A stretch of 64,000 bases of DNA from Auanema rhodensis (Eukaryota; Animalia; Nematoda): positions 12,586,001 to 12,650,000 of the forward strand of contig OZ059895.1 in assembly GCA_964057225.1 (NCBI GenBank), in the 5' to 3' direction. The notes beneath the pieces were generated by a model that was not told the DNA's origin, made no database searches, and saw only the letters and a list, made by a program, of their open reading frames with translations. The position numbers and the translations under genes were made by a program. Each line of letters starts with the position of its first letter. The stretch's first letter is position 1. This document shows, in pieces, positions 28,790 to 38,660 of this stretch.

Positions 28790-28905
28790 TACGACCATAC
28801 CACGTTGAAAGTACGCCATCCCGTCCGATCTGGCAAGTCAAGCAACGTTGGGCCCGGTTAGTACTTGGATCGGAGACGGCTTGGGAATCCCGGGTGCCGT
28901 AAGCT
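28787..28905 (+). rRNA. 5S rRNA abutting the right TIR; starts GCCTACGACC
   Basis: agaaaggcc|tacgaccatac...gtaagctttt. Confidence 0.85.
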
Positions 28906-29315
28906 TTTCAAATTTTTTTAACGATCATACCACGTTGAAAGTACGCAATGCAGCTGATTTTCAATTTTATCTCTTCCGTAACAAATGTTTTTAATTTTCC
29001 AGCAGTTTTACTTAGATAGCTCAACCCAAGGCATCAAAATATCTTCAATCTTATTTCTATATTACAGTTATAAACCAGTAGTTTATGAACCTTCATCTTA
29101 ACTTTACTGTTTCTATCTATTTCCTATTGAAACAAACATTGTTTTAACACTATACAACTGTGAAACCTTTTTTATTTTATTGTATTTGGATCTCATAAGA
29201 TTTGATATCATCGAGGGATTTAGATGTAACGTAGAAAATTACATAACTAACATGAAATTGGAAAAAAAACAATAACGAGGATAAGTATGTAAATCATTGA
29301 ATATCAGGTATTTTC

Positions 29316-29434
29316 GCTTACGACCATACCACGTTGAAAGTACGCCATCCCGTCCGATCTGGCAAGTCAAGCAACGTTGGGCCCGGTTAGTACTTGGATC
29401 GGAGACGGCTTGGGAATCCCGGGTGCCGTAAGCT
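29316..29434 (+). rRNA. 5S rRNA
   Basis: Full copy. Confidence 0.95.
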
Positions 29435-30243
29435 TTTCAAATTTTTTTAACGATCATACCACGTTGAAAGTACGCAATGCAGCTGATTTTCAATTTTATC
29501 TCTTCCGTAACAAATGTTTTTAATTTTCCAGCAGTTTTACTTAGATAGCTCAACCCAAGGCATCAAAATATCTTCAATCTTATTTCTATATTACAGTTAT
29601 AAACCAGTAGTTTATGAACCTTCATCTTAACTTTACTGTTTCTATCTATTTCCTATTGAAACAAACATTGTTCAAACACTATACAACTGTGAAACCTTTT
29701 TTAATTTATTGTATTTGGAGCTCATAAGATTTGATATTATCGAGGAATTTAGATGTAACGTAGAAAATTACATAACTAACATGAAATTGGAAAAAAAACA
29801 ATAACGAGGATAAGTATGTAAATCATTGAATATCAGAATTTTTCGCTTACGACCATACCACGTTGAAAGTACGCCATGCAGCTGATTTTCAATTTTATCT
29901 CTTCCGTAACAAATGTTTTTAATTTTCCAGCAGTTTTACTTAGATAGCTCAACCCAAGGCATCAAAATATCTTCAATCTTATTTCTATATTACAGTTATA
30001 AACCAGTAGTTTATGAACCTTCATCTTAACTTTACTGTTTCTATCTATTTCCTATTGAAACAAACATTGTTTTAACACTATACAACTGTGAAACCTTTTT
30101 TAATTTATTGTATTTGGATCTCATAAGATTTGATATCATCGAGGGATTTAGATGTAACGTAGAAAATTACATAACTAACATGAAATTGGAAAAAAAACAA
30201 TAACGAGGATAAGTATGTAAATCATTGAATATCAGGTATTTTC

Positions 30244-30362
30244 GCTTACGACCATACCACGTTGAAAGTACGCCATCCCGTCCGATCTGGCAAGTCAAGC
30301 AACGTTGGGCCCGGTTAGTACTTGGATCGGAGACGGCTTGGGAATCCCGGGTGCCGTAAGCT
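30244..30362 (+). rRNA. 5S rRNA
   Basis: Full copy. Confidence 0.95.
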
Positions 30363-31171
30363 TTTCAAATTTTTTTAACGATCATACCACGTTGAAAGTA
30401 CGCAATGCAGCTGATTTTCAATTTTATCTCTTCCGTAACAAATGTTTTTAATTTTCCAGCAGTTTTACTTAGATAGCTCAACCCAAGGCATCAAAATATC
30501 TTCAATCTTATTTCTATATTACAGTTATAAACCAGTAGTTTATGAACCTTCATCTTAACTTTACTGTTTCTATCTATTTCCTATTGAAACAAACATTGTT
30601 TTAACACTATACAACTGTGAAACCTTTTTTAATTTATTGTATTTGGAGCTCATAAGATTTGATATCATCGAGGAATTTAGATGTAACGTAGAAAATTACA
30701 TAACTAACATGAAATTGAAAAAAAAACAATAACGAGGATAAGTATGTAAATCATTGAATATCAGATTTTTTCGCTCACGACCATACCACGTTGAAAGTAC
30801 GCCATGCAGCTGATTTTCAATTTTATCTCTTCCGTAACAAATGTTTTTAATTTTCCAGCAGTTTTACTTAGATAGCTCAACCCAAGGCATCAAAATATCT
30901 TCAATCTTATTTCTATATTACAGTTATAAACCAGTAGTTTATGAACCTTCATCTTAACTTTACTGTTTCTATCTATTTCCTATTGAAACAAACATTGTTT
31001 TAACACTATACAACTGTGAAACCTTTTTTAATTTATTGTATTTGGATCTCATAAGATTTGATATCATCGAGGGATTTAGATGTAACGTAGAAAATTACAT
31101 AACTAACATGAAATTGGAAAAAAAACAATAACGAGGATAAGTATGTAAATCATTGAATATCAGGTATTTTC

Positions 31172-31290
31172 GCTTACGACCATACCACGTTGAAAGTACG
31201 CCATCCCGTCCGATCTGGCAAGTCAAGCAACGTTGGGCCCGGTTAGTACTTGGATCGGAGACGGCTTGGGAATCCCGGGTGCCGTAAGCT
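31172..31290 (+). rRNA. 5S rRNA
   Basis: Full copy. Confidence 0.95.
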
Positions 31291-32498
31291 TTTCAAATTT
31301 TTTTAACGATCATACCACGTTGAAAGTACGCCATGCAGCTGATTTTCAATTTTATCTCTTCCGTAACAAATGTTTTTAATTTTCCAGCAGTTTTACTTAG
31401 ATAGCTCAACCCAAGGCATCAAAATATCTTCAATCTTATTTCTATATTACAGTTATAAACCAGTAGTTTATGAACCTTCATCTTAACTTTACTGTTTCTA
31501 TCTATTTCCTATTGAAACAAACATTGTTTTAACACTATACAACTGTGAAACCTTTTTTAATTTATTGTATTTGGAGCTCATAAGATTTGATATCATCGAG
31601 GAATTTAGATGTAACGTAGAAAATTACATAACTAACATGAAATTGAAAAAAAAACAATAACGAGGATAAGTATGTAAATCATTGAATATCAGATTTTTTC
31701 GCTCACGACCATACCACGTTGAAAGTACGCCATGCAGCTGATTTTCAATTTTATCTCTTCCGTAACAAATGTTTTTAATTTTCCAGCAGTTTTACTTAGA
31801 TAGCTCAACCCAAGGCATCAAAATATCTTCAATCTTATTTCTATATTACAGTTATAAACCAGTAGTTTATGAACCTTCATCTTAACTTTACTGTTTCTAT
31901 CTATTTCCTATTGAAACAAACATTGTTTTAACACTATACAACTGTGAAACCTTTTTTAATTTATTGTATTTGGAGCTCATAAGATTTGATATCATCGAGG
32001 AATTTAGATGTAACGTAGAAAATTACATAACTAACATGAAATTGAAAAAAAAACAATAACGAGGATAAGTATGTAAATCATTGAATATCAGATTTTTTCG
32101 CTCACGATCATACCACGTTGAAAGTACGCCATGCAGCTGATTTTCAATTTTATCTCTTCCGTAACAAATGTTTTTAATTTTCCAGCAGTTTTACTTAGAT
32201 AGCTCAACCCAAGGCATCAAAATATCTTCAATCTTATTTCTATATTACAGTTATAAACCAGTAGTTTATGAACCTTCATCTTAACTTTACTGTTTCTATC
32301 TATTTCCTATTGAAACAAACATTGTTTTAACACTATACAACTGTGAAACCTTTTTTATTTTATTGTATTTGGATCTCATAAGATTTGATATCATCGAGGG
32401 ATTTAGATGTAACGTAGAAAATTACATAACTAACATGAAATTGGAAAAAAAACAATAACGAGGATAAGTATGTAAATCATTGAATATCAGGTATTTTC

Positions 32499-32617
32499 GC
32501 TTACGACCATACCACGTTGAAAGTACGCCATCCCGTCCGATCTGGCAAGTCAAGCAACGTTGGGCCCGGTTAGTACTTGGATCGGAGACGGCTTGGGAAT
32601 CCCGGGTGCCGTAAGCT
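32499..32617 (+). rRNA. 5S rRNA
   Basis: Full copy. Confidence 0.95.
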
Positions 32618-33771
32618 TTTCAAATTTTTTTAACGATCATACCACGTTGAAAGTACGCAATGCAGCTGATTTTCAATTTTATCTCTTCCGTAACAAATGT
32701 TTTTAATTTTCCAGCAGTTTTACTTAGATAGCTCAACCCAAGGCATCAAAATATCTTCAATCTTATTTCTATATTACAGTTATAAACCAGTAGTTTATGA
32801 ACCTTCATCTTAACTTTACTGTTTCTATCTATTTCCTATTGAAACAAACATTGTTTTAACACTATACAACTGTGAAACCTTTTTTAATTCATTGTATTTG
32901 GAGCTCATAAGATTTGATATCATCGAGGAATTTAGATGTAACGTAGAAAATTACATAACTAACATGAAATTGAAAAAAAAACAATAACGAGGATAAGTAT
33001 GTAAATCATTGAATATCAGATTTTTTCGCTCACGACCATACCACGTTGAAAGTACGCCATGCAGCTGATTTTCAATGTTATCTCTTCCGTAACAAATGTT
33101 TTTAATTTTCCAGCAGTTTTACTTAGATAGCTCAACCCAAGGCATCAAAATATCTTCAATCTTATTTCTATATTACAGTTATAAACCAGTAGTTTATGAA
33201 ACTTCATCTTAACTTTACTGTTTCTATCTATTTCCTATTGAAACAAACATTGTTTTAACACTATACAACTGTGAAACCTTTTTTAATTTATTGTATTTGG
33301 AGCTCATAAGATTTGATATCATCGAGGAATTTAGATGTAACGTAGAAAATTACATAACTAACATGAAATTGAAAAAAAAACAATAACGAGGATAAGTATG
33401 TAAATCATTGAATATCAGATTTTTTCGCTCACGACCATACCACGTTGAAAGTACGCCATGCAGCTGATTTTCAATTTTATCTCTTCCGTAACAAATGTTT
33501 TTAATTTTCCAGCAGTTTTACTTAGATAGCTCAACCCAAGGCATCAAAATATCTTCAATCTTATTTCTATATTACAGTTATAAACCAGTAGTTTATGAAC
33601 CTTCATCTTAACTTTACTGTTTCTATCTATTTCCTATTGAAACAAACATTGTTTTAACACTATACAACTGTGAAACCTTTTTTATTTTATTGTATTTGGA
33701 TCTCATAAGATTTGATATCATTGAGGGATTTAGATGTAACGTAGAAAATCACATAACTAACATGAAATTGG

Positions 33772-34260
33772 TGTTACATACATATCTCAAAGGAAAGCAG
33801 CTGACCATGGCAGCTGCTATTATAAAACTAATGCAGATAGTTTTTAAGCAATTCTGAGAATATTCTAGATGCACTTTTTATAAGCTTTGTAACAATTTGT
33901 GTAAACTGAGTAGGAGTTGTATGGATATATAAACCTGAGTCCTCAAGACTCAGGCATCTCATTATCTCATTATCTTACTTTCTCTTTATCTTCTTTATAT
34001 TCTCTTTCTTAACTCTAGCTTTAATCTTTGTATAATTATATTATAATGCGAACAATAAACCTTTATATATTTCATCTCTTGTTTCTTATTTCACCTTACA
34101 TTACACACTTATATTCAAAATCATACTCATCTTCTCATAGTCTGTTTGGATCTCTCAACTTGGAACCATTGGGAATCCAAATGGAACGTGGAGGTTCCAC
34201 CGAGATCCTTCCTTTCGGACAGGATCTCGTAAAGGAACTCAAGCGCTACCGTCTACAACT
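33772..34260 (+). promoter_or_regulatory. Putative 5' LTR of element A (3' end not determinable)
   Basis: TG start, TATATAAA at ~33926, AATAAA at ~34054. There is no second copy and no recognisable PBS, so the end coordinate is a guess. Confidence 0.45.
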
Positions 34261-35360
34261 CTTATTCATTTAAAAATCTTATCTCTCTCTTAAAGTTAGC
34301 TTATAATTCATTTTCAATTATTCATAAGAGTACTTATATCATTTATCATTCTCTCTATCCAAAATCCTATATACGAAAATTATTCAAATTCAATAATTAA
34401 CTTTTCTAAGAATTATAAGTTTATTTTCACATTTTTTGAACAAAAATAGTTAAGTTCTTTATAAAATTAATTTAGAATTAAGAAATAAAAAGAAATATTG
34501 CTTCTATACCTCTCAATCTTAATCATCTTATCATATTATCTGAATCTTCATCTTATCATACTATCTTAATCATCCTATCATACCATATTTTCATTATTTT
34601 CTTTATGTTTAAAACTATTATTCTTATGCTACTACACTGTATTCTCATAAACCCACCCCTTCCCCCCCCCCCCCCCCCGTAATTTCATAAGCAAGAAATC
34701 CCGTGTTAAACACGACAGTAAAAATATTTATTAGGCGCAGCGTATCCAAATTCCGATTACCTTAGCACCTGAAAAAAAAAACGAAAAATAATTAAACTAA
34801 TCAATAAGTTTTAACTCATACGCAAAAACCATCCCCCCCCTCGTTAAGAATAATGCCAGACACTCAAGAGACTCGAGCGGAGGCCGACACTCAGGATAAG
34901 ACGTACGCCCCATGAAATAATTAGAGAATTTTTGAATTAAAATCTGCCCCACATTGATATAAATAATAAGAGTGGTCTCGCCATCATAGAGTCAGGGAGC
35001 AGGATGCAGAAGGCAGCTGACATACCTGTGACTCAGATAGGTTAATGAGGTCTGGGAAAATGAAATGATTGCGAAAATTCTATTTTGTATCCTTGTCCCA
35101 AAAGACTGGCGAACTATTAACTTTCATTTCATGCCTTTTTCACAATATAGAACTTGTCCCTTCGAAAAGGCACACTAGTTTCAAACCTGTGTTAGACCCG
35201 GACGAGCTATATTGGTAAAGAGATTACTTGCAAGACTAGCTACCTTCATAAGAATCGCGCACACAAACCCAACATTATTCTTTACGTTTTTTTTATATAC
35301 ATATATAAAATTATTTTGGCACACGTTGGATATAACAAATTTCCTTACAGGATACCAACG

Positions 35361-38300
35361 ATGCTGCCCAATACTGGTCCAAAACCTCCGCTGGACCCTG
35401 CTGCCACTTCAAATATTATAAGAAGAAAAAGACAACCGCCCGCAACATATTCTCCCCCCTCTGCAAAACAAGCGAAGTTAAGCATTAAAACAAAGTCAAT
35501 GGTAATACATACCCCAAGACATCGCGACATTCAAAAACAATTCACCAATCCCAAATCACATGAAAAAACGAAGAAACAAAAAACAGACATAGTCGAAAGA
35601 AACACCTTAGAAAAGAAAATTATCCCAAACATTAAACCTATTCCTAAAAATATAGCAAGCAAAGGGAACCCTCAAAACCCCCCAACCAACACCATACCAA
35701 ATACAATCAACCCAATCAATCCTTTAATAGCCACCCCTAGAAGAAGCAATACACCAACCACACAAAAATCACCTACGCCCGCACTTTCTTCAACCACACC
35801 CGCAGTAAGCTCATCCCCACCTTTACGAAACTCACCTTCATCCATTGATCATTCTACATCTGGGCATTCTTCATCTCCGTCTCTTCCATCGCAAACTAAT
35901 CAAGCAAATACTTTTGTTGCAGAAAACAAAAGAATTAACCCAAGAATGGACCCAATGGACGAAGGCGCACCACTTACGCAAACCTCGGGAAGGGCACCTG
36001 TTCCAACACCTACAATCATCCCTCAACCAGCAGCGATTCCGTCCGCCATACGCGATATAAAAGCTCCACGCTACGATGGAAAAACACCATTCAACCGCTA
36101 TCTACTATACCTAGACGAACACTTCAACGCTACAAGAACAACTATGCCCGAACGTCTTCAAAGCATACAATTATTGCTAGAAGATGATCGAGCAAGAGAA
36201 GCGTACAGAAAACTCACAACCGAAGATAAGCGACTTGGATGGGACCATGTCAAGAAGCGACTCTCAGAAATGATCACACCGAAAAAACAGAGAGAACGAG
36301 CAATGCACCGCCTACATGGCTTGAAACAGTTACCAACGGAATCGGTACAAAGCTTTGCAACAAGATGTTCTAACGAAGCCTACTCGGCTATGGACATGAA
36401 CAACGAAAGTGAGCTTAACATGCTCCGATCCACCTTCACCTGGGGACTAAGACCCGAAATAAGCGAACATGTTAGCCGTCTAGACCCACCAAACTTTGAG
36501 GAAGCTTACGAAATGGCCTTACGAGAAGAACTCTTTATACAAAATAGACCACCATCGTTCGTCAACAATATGGAGAAGTCGTTCAACAACCTCAACATTC
36601 GAGACTCAAAGGACAACAATCAATACCAGAGAAACGAATCTAAGGAATTCAAAGGAACCAAACCGATGTATAATGGCAATGGCAAACCACACAACCGATA
36701 TCCGGACAGATACAACAACCAATATCGGCCTCATCAACACCAATACAGGAACCATAACTCACGATTCTCTCAAAATAAGGGATCAAGACAAAACTACTTC
36801 GACAGATCACGGAACAGAAGCCAAGAAAGACCATACTATCGAAACCGCGACCAAAACTATAGCGGACACAACAACCGGCGACAATCAAATAATCACGAAC
36901 AATACCCCTCTCAATACAATCGAAGCCAATACAACAATTATAGAAGTCGCCCGCGCAGCACCTCCAATGGACCGGAACGGTATAGAGAACGCACACAGAG
37001 CCCAGGAGTACGTTTTCAAGTCAACAACGTCACGGAAAACGAAGTACCGAACAACAAAAGAAAATCAACACCATTCCTACCCCTCTTTATCACAATTATC
37101 GCACTCATTATAAACACATGCAGTGCAGAAACAACGTACCAGTTATGCACAGGAAACAGAGGAGGAATATATGTCGAGCCGCCATCTCCAACAGCTTGCC
37201 GATTCATCGCACCAACTAATAACCATATCCAGAAGACTACAGCAGAATTGTTCATCCAAAACCTACAACCAAAAGAATGGGAAGCATGGAAATGTGCAAT
37301 TGAAACTTACCAACTCTGCATTCACGACGTTTTCTTCATCAGAGAAACTAATGTCTCACTAGCAAAAGTTTCACCAACAACACTGCAAGAATGTTCGTCA
37401 GCTATTAAAGAAAGAATATTCAACGGTACCAACCTTCAAAGAGAAGCACCAGGACTCTATGGAACTCCATTCCCACATACAACTATTACTAATGGTATAT
37501 GGAAACAGGAATGCGAACAACGTACCAGATTCATAGCTGAAAGAGGACACATGACCAGCCTACAAGACAATACAGTACTCTCAGATATATTCATAAACGA
37601 CAACGGATGCACCAGTGACAAAGGACAATGCCTAACCAACAACGCTCTCATCATATGGACCCCACCATTAGAAAAACATAGTTGCTCGTACACTTCATTA
37701 GGCTCTCACGAAGTTTTTATATCAGAAGACACCATATTGATTCCCGGAATTCAAAGTGCTTTTATTCTAAACAATAAAACACCGGAAAAAGAAGCCTCCT
37801 CATGCTTACAAAAAGATATATTTACTACAAATAGTGGAACTCTAATCTCCTTCAACTCAACCTCAAGCTTAGGACGATCAAGAAGACACGCAATCACGGA
37901 ATACCCTAAAGGATTCTTGACAGTTCATCAATACCCCTCGCTAAGATATTCAGCCAGCAAAACTGGAACTATTCTACTATATACAACCTATATTCAACGA
38001 AAAAGACTTGACATACATTACAATCTCAATAACATAACAAATATGTTACCTAAGTATATCGCAATCTTCAAATACCTAGGTATAAATTTTGATGTTATCA
38101 AAAATCGTCTTATATGGCACAAATATGAAGACGTCAACATAGCCATTCTACACGCCCTAGGAGAAGCAGAAATAAGAGAAGCAACAAAAATCGCGATCGA
38201 TAATCTATCGTATAAGGAACTTACGCAAAAACTTAGCAAACGGATCACAATTAAGGATTTTAAGAAGATACTACCAACCAAAACAGGAGACTACTATGAA

Positions 38301-38660
38301 ATCGCGAAAGAAATTGCTTACTCACTTGCGGAAATACCTACTACATTAGCTACAGGAGAAACAACACCATCTTTAGAAGAATACTTATATCAACTTATGC
38401 CACCAAGAAAACCAAGACTCACCAAGACACGAAACGATTTAGAACTGTACGAACAACTAGCACAAGCAAAAATTATCCTGAACGCAATAAATAATCCGAA
38501 GAAGCTACATTCAAAAGAAGAATACGAAGCAGAAATGAAGAAATGGATCAAATATGAAAAAGAACTAAACTTACCACCATTACAACTGCCAAACTACACA
38601 GTTATCTTCGATGGCGACGAGATATTCTACGGCTTCCGGAAAAGAAATCCTACATTATAG
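35361..38660 (+). CDS. Gag-Env(N-terminal) polyprotein: P/S/T-rich N-terminus, capsid-like domain, N/R/S/Y-rich NC-like region, internal signal peptide, Cys-rich glycoprotein ectodomain
   Basis: ORF 35316-38660, first ATG at 35361. Gag motifs PRYDGK, LKQLPTESVQSF, FTWGLRPEI and NFEEAYEMALREE. Signal KRKSTPFLPLFITIIALIINTCSA at ~37056-37127, many Cys and NxS/T sites, furin-like RSRR at 37875-37886. Confidence 0.85.
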   Translation: MLPNTGPKPPLDPAATSNIIRRKRQPPATYSPPSAKQAKLSIKTKSMVIHTPRHRDIQKQFTNPKSHEKTKKQKTDIVERNTLEKKIIPNIKPIPKNIASKGNPQNPPTNTIPNTINPINPLIATPRRSNTPTTQKSPTPALSSTTPAVSSSPPLRNSPSSIDHSTSGHSSSPSLPSQTNQANTFVAENKRINPRMDPMDEGAPLTQTSGRAPVPTPTIIPQPAAIPSAIRDIKAPRYDGKTPFNRYLLYLDEHFNATRTTMPERLQSIQLLLEDDRAREAYRKLTTEDKRLGWDHVKKRLSEMITPKKQRERAMHRLHGLKQLPTESVQSFATRCSNEAYSAMDMNNESELNMLRSTFTWGLRPEISEHVSRLDPPNFEEAYEMALREELFIQNRPPSFVNNMEKSFNNLNIRDSKDNNQYQRNESKEFKGTKPMYNGNGKPHNRYPDRYNNQYRPHQHQYRNHNSRFSQNKGSRQNYFDRSRNRSQERPYYRNRDQNYSGHNNRRQSNNHEQYPSQYNRSQYNNYRSRPRSTSNGPERYRERTQSPGVRFQVNNVTENEVPNNKRKSTPFLPLFITIIALIINTCSAETTYQLCTGNRGGIYVEPPSPTACRFIAPTNNHIQKTTAELFIQNLQPKEWEAWKCAIETYQLCIHDVFFIRETNVSLAKVSPTTLQECSSAIKERIFNGTNLQREAPGLYGTPFPHTTITNGIWKQECEQRTRFIAERGHMTSLQDNTVLSDIFINDNGCTSDKGQCLTNNALIIWTPPLEKHSCSYTSLGSHEVFISEDTILIPGIQSAFILNNKTPEKEASSCLQKDIFTTNSGTLISFNSTSSLGRSRRHAITEYPKGFLTVHQYPSLRYSASKTGTILLYTTYIQRKRLDIHYNLNNITNMLPKYIAIFKYLGINFDVIKNRLIWHKYEDVNIAILHALGEAEIREATKIAIDNLSYKELTQKLSKRITIKDFKKILPTKTGDYYEIAKEIAYSLAEIPTTLATGETTPSLEEYLYQLMPPRKPRLTKTRNDLELYEQLAQAKIILNAINNPKKLHSKEEYEAEMKKWIKYEKELNLPPLQLPNYTVIFDGDEIFYGFRKRNPTL

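Larger units (their letters stand above)
28790..33771 (+). repeat. 5S rDNA tandem array (right arm, inverted relative to the left arm)
   Basis: Reverse complement of the same 529/399-bp units. Full genes start at 28787, 29316, 30244, 31172, 32499. The array ends at catgaaattgg|tgttac. Confidence 0.96.

Noticed and set aside
24939-28791. Tc1/mariner or PIF/Harbinger assignment from the flanking TA and GGC ends
   Set aside because: The protein shows MULE-type motifs and the TIRs are long. The TA on both sides follows from the inverted 5S junction and is not proof of a TSD.
1-33771. CRISPR-like repeat-spacer array (short conserved 5S fragment recurring at regular intervals)
   Set aside because: The intervening sequences are near-identical rather than unique, there are no cas genes, and the context is eukaryotic.
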